Below, in pieces: positions 20,382 through 30,598 of a stretch of 64,000 nucleotides of DNA (positions are counted from its first letter, which is position 1; every line of letters starts with the position of its first letter). The notes beneath the pieces are model-generated. The model made no database searches. It was not told where the DNA came from and worked only from the letters and a program-made list of their open reading frames with translations. This DNA is from Desulfobacteraceae bacterium UBA2245 (GTDB taxonomy: Bacteria > Desulfobacterota > Desulfobacteria > Desulfobacterales > UBA2245). The position numbers were made by a program, and so were the translations under genes. Location: NCBI GenBank assembly GCA_002347265.1, contig DDYB01000013.1, positions 207,359 to 271,358 of the forward strand, given 5' to 3'.

Positions 20382-21215
20382 CTAGAACTGGCCATAGCTG
20401 TGAAGCCCGGGCAGCAGGTTGACGCCGAAATAGGTAAACAGAACGGCGGCAAAACCGAGAACCGACAACCAGGCGATCCGTTTTCCGGACCACCCCCGCA
20501 TCATCCGGGCGTGAAGCAAAACGGCGTAGACAAACCAGGTGATCAGGGACCAGGTTTCCTTGGGATCCCAGGACCAGTAGCTTCCCCAGGCTGAATTGGC
20601 CCATACCGAGCCGGTGATGATGCCGATGGAAAGAAAAAGAAATCCGAACATCACCAGTTGATAGGTCAGTTCATCCAGCATCTCGTTATCGGGCAGATGG
20701 CCCAGAATGCCGTCTTTGTCGCTGCGGGTCCTGATCAGATACATGATGCTGACGCCGAAGGCGATGGCAAAGGCCGCGTAGCCCAGAAAACAGGTCATCA
20801 CATGAACGGTAAGCCAGTTGCTCTTCAGGGCCGGAATCAGGGGTTGAATCTTGTCGCTGATATTCGGGGACATCGACGCATAGGCCATGGCCAGAAAGGC
20901 CAGGGGGGTCGCAAAAGCGCCGATCGTCCGGTTCCGGTATCGATGTTCGAGTACCAGATAAATCAGCGCGATGGTCCAGGCAAAAAACACCAGGGACTCG
21001 TAGAGGTTGGACAAAGGAGCATGTCCGTAACCCATACGATAGGACTCCACCCAGCGCAGACCGATGCCGGCCGTGTTGCCCAGAACCCCGGCCAGCGTAA
21101 CCCAGGTTGCAATCTTTCCGAGAAAAGCCTTTCTGAAAACCCATGCGGCGATATACAGGACGGCCGCAGCGCCGTATATGAATGTGACGATGGACAAGAC
21201 GTTCGAACTGGTCAT
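20382..21215 (-). CDS. ccsA: cytochrome c biogenesis protein CcsA (system II haem-handling subunit)
   Basis: Polytopic membrane protein with the W-rich motif WGSYWSWDPKETW. Track start 21266 trimmed to ATG 21215. Confidence 0.85.
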   Translation of the reverse strand: MTSSNVLSIVTFIYGAAAVLYIAAWVFRKAFLGKIATWVTLAGVLGNTAGIGLRWVESYRMGYGHAPLSNLYESLVFFAWTIALIYLVLEHRYRNRTIGAFATPLAFLAMAYASMSPNISDKIQPLIPALKSNWLTVHVMTCFLGYAAFAIAFGVSIMYLIRTRSDKDGILGHLPDNEMLDELTYQLVMFGFLFLSIGIITGSVWANSAWGSYWSWDPKETWSLITWFVYAVLLHARMMRGWSGKRIAWLSVLGFAAVLFTYFGVNLLPGLHSYGQF

Positions 21216-21272
21216 AAAAATATCCTCATCTGTGAAATTGACGCGCAAAAAAATCAGCTGCGTCATGAAACG

Positions 21273-22658
21273 CTAGGCGCTTTTTCCCAACTCCTCGGCA
21301 AGCTTTTTCAGCCGCTTCTGCATGCCGATCCGGTTCTTGGTGGCCGTTCCGGAAACCAGAACCCGGATTTTTTTGTCGCTCCCGGCAATCTCGACAAAAA
21401 GGCGCAGGTGGGACATGAAAAACGTGATGAAACACCCGATGATCATCACGATAAAGCCCGCGTAAACCAAAGGAACGCCCGGATCTCCGGTGATCTGAAG
21501 GCCCGTGTAATAGACCGGCTTGAATCCTTTTACGGAAACAGACCAGACCCCTTTTCTCATTTTGTCGAACGAAGGGTATTGCACGGGCATCAGAATCGTT
21601 TCCGCCTTCCCCTGCGCATCGGTCAGAACCCCCATGAAGGTTTGTCCCAGATTCATGTTCCGGAAATGATAACGGTCCTGAAATCCTTTCAGCTCAAAAC
21701 TGCCGCCGCCTTCCGGAAGCTCAAGGGGTTTTCCGATGGCAGCATTCTTCTCATAGCTTTGTCCGCTCGCTTCGCTGGCAAACTCCAGAACCACCTCTCT
21801 GGGAGGCATGGTCCCGTAGCTTGCCTGAAACACATTGATTCCCTTGTAACGCAGGGGATCATTGACGATAATGTCCTTGTTCAGAACCGGTTTTCCCTGT
21901 TCGATGACCGTCAGGCGAGACCGGTATTCCCTGGGCGCCCCCGTGTCGTAAAAACTGACATCAAAATCATCGCATCGAATCTGAAACGGAAGCTGATGCG
22001 CCTTTCCGGAATTTCGAAGCCGAACACTGTCGACGACCTCTCCCACAGCAATGTTCGCCGAACCATCAAAGCCGAAAATCGATCCGATCAAACCGCCGCA
22101 GAGAAGCAGGACTACACTCAGATGCACCGTGTAAACCCCCAGGCGGGTCCACCGCCCCCTTTCGGCCATGATGCGAAAGCCCTTCTCGATTTCCTCGACC
22201 TTATGGAAAGCAAATCCTTTGCGGGTTGCCTTTTCGGCGGCGTCTTTCAGTGCCGGCAGTAAGGCGGCCGTTGAAAAACGGATCGCGTCAACATTGTTTC
22301 GAAACTGTTCCGGATTAAAGCGGGGATTTCGCGTGAAAACGATTTTCCAGGCGGCGGAAAGCCGCTCGATGGAGCACACCACGATATTGACGGTCAGCAG
22401 TACAAGCAGCAGCCGGAACCACCAGCTGTGATACATGTCGAACATGCCGGCCGCATTGAACAGCCGGTAAAAAGTCTCGCCATATTGCTGAAAATACGCC
22501 GCCGGGTCGGCATTCTGGGGGATCAGCGTTCCGACAATGGAAGTGGCCGCCAGAGCCGATAGAAGAAATATGGTCAGCCGAACGGAAGCAAAAAACTTCC
22601 AGATCCGCTTGGCAAAAAAATCTTCGGAAACCGATTTGTTCATCATGGATCCTTTCAT
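21273..22658 (-). CDS. resB: cytochrome c biogenesis protein ResB/CcsB
   Basis: N-terminal TM segments, a large soluble loop and a C-terminal TM. It lies immediately upstream of ccsA (7-nt gap), the canonical system II pair. Confidence 0.8.
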   Translation of the reverse strand: MKGSMMNKSVSEDFFAKRIWKFFASVRLTIFLLSALAATSIVGTLIPQNADPAAYFQQYGETFYRLFNAAGMFDMYHSWWFRLLLVLLTVNIVVCSIERLSAAWKIVFTRNPRFNPEQFRNNVDAIRFSTAALLPALKDAAEKATRKGFAFHKVEEIEKGFRIMAERGRWTRLGVYTVHLSVVLLLCGGLIGSIFGFDGSANIAVGEVVDSVRLRNSGKAHQLPFQIRCDDFDVSFYDTGAPREYRSRLTVIEQGKPVLNKDIIVNDPLRYKGINVFQASYGTMPPREVVLEFASEASGQSYEKNAAIGKPLELPEGGGSFELKGFQDRYHFRNMNLGQTFMGVLTDAQGKAETILMPVQYPSFDKMRKGVWSVSVKGFKPVYYTGLQITGDPGVPLVYAGFIVMIIGCFITFFMSHLRLFVEIAGSDKKIRVLVSGTATKNRIGMQKRLKKLAEELGKSA

Positions 22659-22829
22659 CAGGTCATCAGATTGAGTTCTACTGTATTAGCAAACTTGCAC
22701 CCGGGTTGCAATAAGCATGCGAGTTTCGAAGCGCACGGATCTTCGGCATTCACGAACTTTAAAAGATTCTGCGAATACGATTAGGAGCGCATTTTTAACA
22801 AAAGACGAGTCCTGCTCCTATGTTGCATC

Positions 22830-22858
22830 TTGACTTTCAGCGCCCCGCTTCATATAGG
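22830..22858 (+). promoter_or_regulatory. candidate sigma-70 promoter upstream of tex
   Basis: TTGACT (22830-22835), 17-nt spacer, TATAGG (22853-22858), about 90 nt upstream of the tex ATG. Pattern match only. Confidence 0.35.
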
Positions 22859-22949
22859 AGGGTTCCTGTCGGCATCCGTGATTGGCGGTTCATCCGCAGT
22901 GATATGAAACCGTCCGGCCGGTCTTGACGCTGATTCAAAAGGAGCATGC

Positions 22950-25205
22950 ATGAATCCTTTTTACATGGAAACCATCGCCGCCGAACTGGCCATCCGCCCC
23001 GAGCAGGTGCAGGCGGTCACGATACTTCTGGAAGCCCAGGCCACCATTCCCTTTATCGCCAGATACCGCAAAGAAGTCACCGGAAGCCTGGACGAGGTGG
23101 CGGTCGGCGCAATCCGGGACCGGCTCGAACAACTGCAGGAACTCGACGCCCGCAAGGAAGCGGTGCTGAAATCCCTGGAGCAGAACGGTCATCTGACCGA
23201 CATACTGAAGCAAAGCATCGCGGCCGCCCGGACCCTGGCCGAGGTGGAAGACATCTACCTGCCCTATCGGCCGAAACGCCGCACCCGGGCCGGCATTGCC
23301 AGAGAAAAGGGGCTGGAGCCCCTGGCCCTTTCTGTTTTTGCCCAAACCGGCATGGATCCTGAATCCGAAGCCCTCTCTTACCTGGATTCCGAAAAAGGCG
23401 TGCTTTCCGTTGAAGACGCGCTTTCCGGCGCTCAGGATATCATGGCCGAAATGATCAACGAAAGCGCCGAAGCAAGGTCTCGAATGCGGGAGCTTTTTTT
23501 CACCCGAGCCGTGTTTTCCAGCCGGGTGGCTGAGGGCAAGGAGACCGAAGGCGCCAAATTCAAGGACTACTTCGACTGGGCCGAGCCGGTCTGCGATGCG
23601 CCTTCCCACCGGATACTGGCCATGCGCCGCGGCGAGAACGAAGACATTCTGAATCTGAACATCGCTCCGCCCGAAGCCGAGGCCCTGGTGCTTCTCGAGT
23701 CGATCTTTGTTCATGGTGACGGGCCGGATTCCGAACGGGTCCGATCCGCGGCCGCGGACGCTTATAAACGCCTCCTGTTCCGATCCATGGAAACCGAAAT
23801 ACGGCTGGCGCTCAAGGAGCGGGCCGATGCCGAGGCCATTCGAATCTTTGCCGAAAACCTGCGGCAGCTGCTGCTGGCGCCGCCCCTCGGGGCCCGCCGC
23901 GTGATGGGAATCGATCCGGGATTTCGAACCGGATGCAAGGTGGTATGCCTGAACCGGGAAGGCAAATTCCTGCATCACGAGACGATCTATCCTCATCAGT
24001 CTGAAAAGGCCGTGCAGCAGGCCGCTGACACCATTGTAAAACTGTGCCGAGATTTTGAAATCGAAGCCGTTGCAGTGGGAAACGGAACCGCCGGCCGTGA
24101 AACCGAAACCTTCATTCGAAGCCTTGACCTGGCATCCGAAGTGACCGTGGTGATGGTCAACGAAAGCGGCGCTTCAATATACTCGGCCTCCGAGGCCGCC
24201 CGGAAGGAATTTCCGGATCTGGATCTGACCGTCCGGGGAGCGATCTCCATCGGGCGGCGCCTGATGGATCCGCTGGCGGAACTGGTTAAAATCGACCCCA
24301 AGTCCATCGGCGTGGGCCAGTACCAGCACGATGTGGATCAAACCGGATTGCGGCGAAGCCTGGACGATACGGTGGTCAGCTGCGTCAACGCCGTGGGCGT
24401 GGATCTCAACCGCGCCAGTGTTCAGCTGCTCACCTACGTGTCCGGCCTGGGACCCCAGCTTGCCGGAAACATCGTGGCCTGTCGGGATGAAAACGGCGCG
24501 TTTGACTGCCGCCAGTCCCTGAAAAAGGTGCCCCGGCTCGGACCCAAAGCCTTTGAGCAATGCGCCGGTTTTTTACGAATCCGCAACGGCCGGAACCCGC
24601 TGGACGCCAGCGCCGTCCATCCGGAAAGCTATCCGGTCGTGGAAAAAATGGCGGCGGATTTGAACTGCACGGTTTCGGATCTGATGAAAGACCCGGCGCT
24701 GAGAAGCGCCATCGATATCACCCGATATGTATCTGAAACCGTGGGCCTTCCCACCCTTCAGGACATTGTGTCGGAACTGGCCAAACCGGGCCGGGACCCG
24801 CGGAAAGATTTTGAAACCATCCGGTTTGCCAAGGGAATCGAAACCATTCAGGACCTGAAACCGGGCATGAGACTTTCCGGAATCGTGACCAATGTCACCG
24901 CCTTCGGCGCCTTTGTCGATATCGGCGTTCACCAGGACGGGCTGGTGCATGTCAGCCAGTTGGCCGACCGGTTCGTCAAGGACCCTTCCCAGGTGGTCAA
25001 GGTGCAGCAAAAGGTACAGGTGACGGTTCTGGAAGTGGATCTGGATCGAAAACGGATATCGCTTTCCATGCGGTCGCAACCGGAAAATACCGGGGCTTCT
25101 TCGAAACCGTCATCGTCAAAAACGCAGCCGCAAAAGCGACCAAAGCAGGAAAGAACCGGACCGCAGCCCTTCAACAATCCTTTTGCCGATCTGCTTCGAA
25201 AATAA
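22950..25205 (+). CDS. tex: Tex-like transcription accessory protein (S1 RNA-binding domain)
   Basis: N-terminal IPFIARYRKE, YqgF/RuvC-like VMGIDPGFRTGCK, HhH region, and C-terminal S1 domain GMRLSGIVTNVTAFGAFVDIGVHQDGLVHVSQL. Confidence 0.9.
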   Translation: MNPFYMETIAAELAIRPEQVQAVTILLEAQATIPFIARYRKEVTGSLDEVAVGAIRDRLEQLQELDARKEAVLKSLEQNGHLTDILKQSIAAARTLAEVEDIYLPYRPKRRTRAGIAREKGLEPLALSVFAQTGMDPESEALSYLDSEKGVLSVEDALSGAQDIMAEMINESAEARSRMRELFFTRAVFSSRVAEGKETEGAKFKDYFDWAEPVCDAPSHRILAMRRGENEDILNLNIAPPEAEALVLLESIFVHGDGPDSERVRSAAADAYKRLLFRSMETEIRLALKERADAEAIRIFAENLRQLLLAPPLGARRVMGIDPGFRTGCKVVCLNREGKFLHHETIYPHQSEKAVQQAADTIVKLCRDFEIEAVAVGNGTAGRETETFIRSLDLASEVTVVMVNESGASIYSASEAARKEFPDLDLTVRGAISIGRRLMDPLAELVKIDPKSIGVGQYQHDVDQTGLRRSLDDTVVSCVNAVGVDLNRASVQLLTYVSGLGPQLAGNIVACRDENGAFDCRQSLKKVPRLGPKAFEQCAGFLRIRNGRNPLDASAVHPESYPVVEKMAADLNCTVSDLMKDPALRSAIDITRYVSETVGLPTLQDIVSELAKPGRDPRKDFETIRFAKGIETIQDLKPGMRLSGIVTNVTAFGAFVDIGVHQDGLVHVSQLADRFVKDPSQVVKVQQKVQVTVLEVDLDRKRISLSMRSQPENTGASSKPSSSKTQPQKRPKQERTGPQPFNNPFADLLRK

Positions 25206-25242
25206 GGCATCCCTTCCCCGCCGGACGCAGCTTTTAAAACGG

Positions 25243-25277
25243 CAGCCGTCCGGCGCTTGCGGCTGCTTTTGATTTTT
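25243..25277 (+). terminator. candidate intrinsic terminator after tex
   Basis: CAGCCG (25243-48) pairs with CGGCTG (25260-65), followed by CTTTTGATTTTT. An alternative 9-bp stem is 25219-27/25247-55. Confidence 0.4.
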
Positions 25278-25293
25278 GGTATACGGAAACATT

Positions 25294-25737
25294 ATGCGTG
25301 CCGTCATTCAAAGGGTCACTCAGAGCAGCGTCAGCGTCGGCGGCCAGATCGTCGGCCGAATCGGTCCGGGCCTTCTCGTGCTTCTGGGCGTTGCCCGGCA
25401 GGACACGGAGAAGGATGCGGATTTCCTGGTCGAAAAAATCATGCATCTCCGCATCTTTGAAGACGAGGACGGCAAGATGAACCGGTCCCTGGTCGATATC
25501 GGCGGCCAGATGCTGGTGGTATCCCAGTTTACCCTTCTGGGCGATTGCCGCAAAGGCCGGCGGCCGTCCTTTGTGCAAGCCGCTCCGCCCGAGACGGCCG
25601 AATCGCTTTACCAGTATTTTGTGGACCGGATCCGCGAAAAGCGGATTCCTGTTCAGACCGGCCGGTTCCGGGCCATGATGGAAGTATCGCTGGTCAATGA
25701 CGGGCCGGTCACCCTTATCGTCGAAAGCGCGCCATAA
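25294..25737 (+). CDS. dtd: D-aminoacyl-tRNA deacylase
   Basis: MRAVIQRV...[11 protein letters not shown]...SQFTL..D..KG.RPSF pattern. Track start trimmed to ATG 25294. Confidence 0.9.
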   Translation: MRAVIQRVTQSSVSVGGQIVGRIGPGLLVLLGVARQDTEKDADFLVEKIMHLRIFEDEDGKMNRSLVDIGGQMLVVSQFTLLGDCRKGRRPSFVQAAPPETAESLYQYFVDRIREKRIPVQTGRFRAMMEVSLVNDGPVTLIVESAP

Positions 25738-25810
25738 CCTGTCCTGAAACTCAGTGTTGACGGATTCAGGCCACTACCATTCGACGATCCCTTTGAAAGG
25801 CATAAACTCC

Positions 25811-27055
25811 GTGATACATCGATTTCATGTCCTGCCGCTGTGGTTATTCTTCGGTTTGATATTCGTTTTTCCCATGGCAGGTTCAGGCGCGGATCTTGCC
25901 GGCCGGATCGGGGCAAAAGACGCCGTTTGCATTCAGGCCCCTGACGGACGGATGATATTTTCCAAGAATGCCGACATCCCGCTTGTTCCCGCATCGATTC
26001 TGAAGATTCTGACCTCCCTGGCCGCCGTCGACGCCCTGGGACCTGAGTTTCAATTTACGACAAAATTTTACCTGGATGCCGAATCCAATCTCTGGATCAA
26101 GGGATACGGAGACCCGCTGCTGGTATCCGAGACCGTGGGCAATATCGTCGGATCCCTGTCCGGCTGCATCCGGTCCTGTCAGAACCTTTTTCTGGATGAT
26201 TCCCATTTTGAATCCGCCGTGGTCATTCCGGGCGTCGGAAATTCCCTGGAGCCTTATGACGCGCCCAACGGCGCGCTTTGCGTCAATTTCAACACGATCA
26301 ACTTCAAACGCACGCCCGCGGGCGTCTATGTCAGCGCCGAGCCGCAAACGCCGCTGCTGACCTGGGCGCTTCCCCGAATTCGGGAATCAGGACTCCGGGA
26401 AGGAAGAATCCCGCTTCCAACGCGTACCCATGACGCGGCCCGTTACGCCGGCCAGCTTTTTGCCTTTTTTTTGGGCCGGAACGGCGTGAACGCCACCGGC
26501 ATGGTTGAGCCGAAATCGCCTGTGCCCGATGACGCCCGGCTGGTTTACACCTATCAGTCACCCCTGTCCCTGACCGATTTGACGGCGCAACTCATGGAAT
26601 TTTCCAACAATTTCATCGCCAATCAACTGATCCTTGCAGCCGGCGCCGAGGCATTCGGACCTCCGGCCAGTCTGGAAAAAGGCGTGCGTCTTCTCAAAGG
26701 CTATGCGCAGGAAAAGCTGGGCATTCGGAATCTGCAGGTGAGCGAGGGGTCGGGTCTATCGAGAAACAACCGGATTTCCGCGCGGCAAATGCTGAAAATT
26801 CTTTCGGCATTTTCACCGAATTACCATCTGATGCGGCAGAAAAACGGCATGTATTTTAAAACCGGAACCTTGAAGGACGTTCAAACCCGGGCCGGCTATG
26901 TTCCGGATGAAGCGGGAAGGCTTTATCTTTTTGTCGCGATGGTCAACACGCCGTCAAAATCCGTGGATCCGATCCTGGAAAGCGTGCGCACCCTGATTCA
27001 ATCCCACCGGCACAATTCAGAGACCGTAGGTTGGATCGGAACCGCTGGTGATTAG
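25811..27055 (+). CDS. dacB: D-alanyl-D-alanine carboxypeptidase/endopeptidase (PBP4, peptidase S13)
   Basis: SxxK active site in PASILKILTSLAA, a signal peptide, and KTGTL near the C-terminus. The start is uncertain (GTG 25811 versus track start 25754). Confidence 0.75.
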   Translation: MIHRFHVLPLWLFFGLIFVFPMAGSGADLAGRIGAKDAVCIQAPDGRMIFSKNADIPLVPASILKILTSLAAVDALGPEFQFTTKFYLDAESNLWIKGYGDPLLVSETVGNIVGSLSGCIRSCQNLFLDDSHFESAVVIPGVGNSLEPYDAPNGALCVNFNTINFKRTPAGVYVSAEPQTPLLTWALPRIRESGLREGRIPLPTRTHDAARYAGQLFAFFLGRNGVNATGMVEPKSPVPDDARLVYTYQSPLSLTDLTAQLMEFSNNFIANQLILAAGAEAFGPPASLEKGVRLLKGYAQEKLGIRNLQVSEGSGLSRNNRISARQMLKILSAFSPNYHLMRQKNGMYFKTGTLKDVQTRAGYVPDEAGRLYLFVAMVNTPSKSVDPILESVRTLIQSHRHNSETVGWIGTAGD

Positions 27056-27811
27056 CGCGTATGCGCTGTGGTTGTGAATGGACTCGAAGTTTTCAGCGCT
27101 CACCGAAAACCAGGTGATGTTTTTGTCCTCCGAAAGATTTGCGGCAACATCCCGGACGATATCCTCGACAAATTTGGGATTTGCAAACGCTTTTTCCGTC
27201 ACATATTTCTCATCCACCCGCTTGAGCACCGAGTAGACATCGCAGGAAGCGGCTTTTTCCGCCATATCGATCATGTCCTCGATCCATAAGAACTTCTTGA
27301 AACGGGTGGCCACGCGAACCATTCCCCGCTGGTTGTGGGCGCCCGTGGCGCTGATTTCCTTGGAGCACGGACATACCGATGAAATCGGCACCGTGACCTC
27401 GGCGATCAGATCGGTTTTTCCCCTTGGATCACTTGAACCGATGATGCGGCAGGCATAGTCCATCAGGCCGGGAGAATGGCTTACCGGCGCTTTTTTTTCA
27501 ATGAAATAGGGAAAAGACACCTCGATATGAGCCGAGGCGGCATTCAGAAGGGCCTTCATCTGCTGCAGAACCGCGGAAATGCTCTTCAGGGAGACATCAG
27601 ATCCCAGGGCGGCATGAAGCATTTCAACAAACCGGCTCATATGGGTCCCCTTGAATTCATGGGGAAGATCCACATACATGCTGACCGTGGCAACCGTGTG
27701 CTGGAAGCCCTTTTTCCGGTCCAGCACGGTGATCGGATACCGAAGCCCCTTGATTCCCACCTTGTTGATGGGAATATTGCGGTCATCGTACTGACTCTGT
27801 ACATCTTTCAT
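27017..27811 (-). CDS. folE2: GTP cyclohydrolase FolE2 (type IB)
   Basis: NKVGIKGLRYPITV...GTHMSRFVE...CPCSKEIS...AHNQR motifs. Trimmed to ATG 27811. Confidence 0.85.
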   Translation of the reverse strand: MKDVQSQYDDRNIPINKVGIKGLRYPITVLDRKKGFQHTVATVSMYVDLPHEFKGTHMSRFVEMLHAALGSDVSLKSISAVLQQMKALLNAASAHIEVSFPYFIEKKAPVSHSPGLMDYACRIIGSSDPRGKTDLIAEVTVPISSVCPCSKEISATGAHNQRGMVRVATRFKKFLWIEDMIDMAEKAASCDVYSVLKRVDEKYVTEKAFANPKFVEDIVRDVAANLSEDKNITWFSVSAENFESIHNHSAYALITSGSDPTYGL

Positions 27812-27843
27812 AAGCAATCCAATGAATCTGTTCCGAACCGGAT

Positions 27844-28575
27844 TCAATCCAGCAGGCGCCCTGTCCTGGCGCGGCTCATCGAATGGAAGATATTCCCCTT
27901 GACCTTGCGGTTTTCCCGGTACAGGCGGTTCAGCATTTCCTTGATCCCATGCCTCCTGGAATTCTGCGCCGAAGGACAGGGGTTGATGTACTCCGGAAAC
28001 TCTTTTTCACGTGCAAAGCGCCGGATCACGTCTTCATCAACAAAAGCCAGAGGCCGGATCACGGAAAAACGCCCGTCAAAAAAGCTCTGGCTGGGACGCA
28101 TGGTGCTGATCTTTCCTGCATAGCACATATTTAAAAAAAGCGTTTCGATGATATCGTCCTTGTGGTGGCCCAGCGCCAGCTTGCGGCATCCCAGTTGGTC
28201 GGAAACCTCGAAAAGACGCTTTCTTCTGAGGCGGGAACAAAGAAAGCAGGGATTTTCAAGATTCTCGTCGCTATGGGCCCGCAAGCCGTAATCGGTGCGC
28301 TCCACGCGAAGCGAAAATCCCATCCTGCCGCAAAATTCCTGCAACTCATCACTGAAACCGCCTTCAAAGCCAGGATCGATATGAATGGGGAAAAGTTCGT
28401 ATGCAATGGGAACCCGGGACCGACGTTCCTGCAAAGCCCAGAGCAGTGCGAGACTGTCCTTGCCGCCGGAAACACCGACGGCGATGCGGTCGCCGTCGGC
28501 AATCATTTCATACCGGTGAACGGCTTTGCCCAACGCCCGGTTCAAGGCTCTGTATGTACCGCTGGCAGGACTCAA
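27844..28575 (-). CDS. PP-loop ATPase, tRNA 2-thiocytidine synthetase (TtcA)-like
   Basis: PP-loop VGVSGGKDSLALLW and a CFLCSRLRR cysteine motif. Confidence 0.7.
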   Translation of the reverse strand: MSPASGTYRALNRALGKAVHRYEMIADGDRIAVGVSGGKDSLALLWALQERRSRVPIAYELFPIHIDPGFEGGFSDELQEFCGRMGFSLRVERTDYGLRAHSDENLENPCFLCSRLRRKRLFEVSDQLGCRKLALGHHKDDIIETLFLNMCYAGKISTMRPSQSFFDGRFSVIRPLAFVDEDVIRRFAREKEFPEYINPCPSAQNSRRHGIKEMLNRLYRENRKVKGNIFHSMSRARTGRLLD

Positions 28576-28578
28576 AGA

Positions 28579-28809
28579 TCATTCAGAAGGTGGAACCGGT
28601 TGCACTTGCCGGATGACAACCTTCCCGGCCGCAATTTCCCGCAAGGCCACCACGATATCTTCGTTTTTAGGAGATGCGACCAGGTACTCGGCCCCTTCCC
28701 GTATCTGCCGGACCCGTTTGGCCGCCGTGTGAATCAGGACAAACCTGTTGGGAATCCGTTTCAAACAGTCTTCTACGGTTATTCGTGCCACAACAAACCT
28801 CCGATGCAA
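28579..28809 (-). CDS. rpoZ: DNA-directed RNA polymerase subunit omega
   Basis: ARITVEDCLKRIPNRFVLIHTAAKRVRQI is the RpoZ signature. Confidence 0.85.
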   Translation of the reverse strand: MHRRFVVARITVEDCLKRIPNRFVLIHTAAKRVRQIREGAEYLVASPKNEDIVVALREIAAGKVVIRQVQPVPPSE

Positions 28810-28851
28810 TGGTTGCCACGGCGTATTCAGGCCATGGGGATCGAGCTGTTT

Positions 28852-29319
28852 TTATAAAATATCCACCAGTTCATACTGGCGTATTCCTCCCGGCGCCTTG
28901 AGAACCAGGGTGTCCCCGGTCTTCTTGCCGATGATGGCCCTTCCCAGGGGCGAGGTCACCGAAATGCGCCCTTTCTCGATATTCGACTCATCCGGACCGA
29001 CAAGCTGATACTGAACCGTTTCTCCGGTGTCAATATTTTCAAGAATCACTGAAGAACCGAAAACCGCTCTGTCCCTGGACAGATTATCGGTATCGATGAT
29101 GTCCGCCGAAGCCAGCTTGAATTCGAGTTCGCACATGCGTCCCTCGATAAAACCCTGCCGATTCTTTGCAGCATCGAATTCCGCATTTTCTGAAAGGTCG
29201 CCATGGGCTCTGGCCTCTTCAATAGCCCGAATAACCTGCGGACGCTCATTGGCTTTGAGATATTCCAATTCCCTTTTCAGCGTTTCATACCCCTGCCGGG
29301 TGATGGGTGTACGTTCCAA
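28852..29319 (-). CDS. greA: transcription elongation factor GreA
   Basis: PITRQGYETLKRELEYLK...RAIEEARAHGDLSENAEFDAAK...ISVTSPLGRAIIGKKTGD. Confidence 0.95.
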   Translation of the reverse strand: MERTPITRQGYETLKRELEYLKANERPQVIRAIEEARAHGDLSENAEFDAAKNRQGFIEGRMCELEFKLASADIIDTDNLSRDRAVFGSSVILENIDTGETVQYQLVGPDESNIEKGRISVTSPLGRAIIGKKTGDTLVLKAPGGIRQYELVDIL

Positions 29320-29355
29320 AATGGCGCTCCTGGTTCAGGTTTCTTTAAAAGCTGT

Positions 29356-30378
29356 CTATAAATAGTTGTCCGCCAGAATCTCGGCGATCTGAACGGCATT
29401 GGTGGCCGCTCCCTTCCGGATATTGTCCGCCACTACCCAGAGGTTGATGCCGTTGGGGATGGAAAAATCTTTGCGAATACGCCCGACATAGGTCAGATCC
29501 TGGCCGGCAGCCTCAATCGGCATCGGATACCGCTTTGCCGGCGGATCATCCACCACCTTCACACCGGGAGCGTTTTCAAGCAGACGCCGGATGGCATCGA
29601 CAGTCACCGGACGGACGGTTTCCACATTCACCGATTCGGAATGCCCGTAAAACACAGGCACCCGAACCGTGGTGGCGGTCACCCCGATGGTCTCGTCTTC
29701 CAGAATTTTCCGGGTCTCGTTGACCATTTTCATTTCTTCCTTGGTGTATCCGTTCTCCAGAAACACATCGATTTGAGGCAGACAGTTGAAAGCGATCTGA
29801 TGCGGATAAACCTTGTTCTCGTATTCTGAAAAATTCATGATGGCCCGGGTCTGGTCGAACAATTCGTCAACCGCCTTTTTACCGGTACCGGAAACCGCCT
29901 GATAGGTCGATACCACGATGCGCCGGATTCCGAACTCCCGATGAATCGGCTTCAGAGCCACGACCATCTGAATGGTCGAACAGTTCGGATTGGCGATGAT
30001 GCCTTTTTGCGTATAACCGGCCACCGCATGGGGATTGACCTCGGGCACCACGAGAGGAACCTGCGGATCCATGCGCCAGGCGCTGGAATTGTCTATCACC
30101 ACGCAGCCGGACTTTGCGGCAATCGGAGAAAATTTTGTACTGATCGTTCCGCCCGCCGAAAAAATCGCGATATCGATTCCCTTGAAGGATGTATCGGTCA
30201 ATTCCTCGACCGCTATCGCATCGCCCCTGAACTCCAATTTTTTTCCAGCCGAACGCCCGCTTGCCAGAAATTTTGCCGATTTGACCGGAAAATTGCGTTC
30301 TTCCAGGCAGGCAATCATCTGGTTGCCCACGACTCCGGTCGCCCCAACCACGGCCACATTGAATTTTTTATCGCCCAA
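29356..30378 (-). CDS. asd: aspartate-semialdehyde dehydrogenase
   Basis: NVAVVGATGVVG, active-site NPNCSTIQMV. Track start 30498 trimmed to TTG 30378, preceded by AAAGGAGAA. Confidence 0.9.
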   Translation of the reverse strand: MGDKKFNVAVVGATGVVGNQMIACLEERNFPVKSAKFLASGRSAGKKLEFRGDAIAVEELTDTSFKGIDIAIFSAGGTISTKFSPIAAKSGCVVIDNSSAWRMDPQVPLVVPEVNPHAVAGYTQKGIIANPNCSTIQMVVALKPIHREFGIRRIVVSTYQAVSGTGKKAVDELFDQTRAIMNFSEYENKVYPHQIAFNCLPQIDVFLENGYTKEEMKMVNETRKILEDETIGVTATTVRVPVFYGHSESVNVETVRPVTVDAIRRLLENAPGVKVVDDPPAKRYPMPIEAAGQDLTYVGRIRKDFSIPNGINLWVVADNIRKGAATNAVQIAEILADNYL

Positions 30379-30598
30379 AGCGCCTTCTCCTTTAAAACTG
30401 ATGATGTCTCCGCACAAACGAAAACAAAACGTTTTACCCTGATTCAGGTAAAACGTTTTGTTTTCGAGAAGGCTATCATGTTTGCCGCAAAACGGCAAAT
30501 TATTTTTTGTTCCCTGTTTTCCGTGAAATGCGACGTATTCGACAGATCACACCTGCCGTCGGGATAGGGACGCTGCCCTGAAAGCAAACCGGCGCAAG

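Noticed and set aside
20658-22262. 534-aa ORF on the + strand. Similar long antisense ORFs occur at 3129-4202, 6169-7230, 22935-23996, 36473-37738, 38118-39353 and 42676-43800.
   Set aside because: Each is the mirror of a confidently identified gene (ccsA/resB, sufBD, nif3, tex, the LOR/SDH-like gene, the COG2403-like gene, yihY). All have biased composition and no RBS or motif support.
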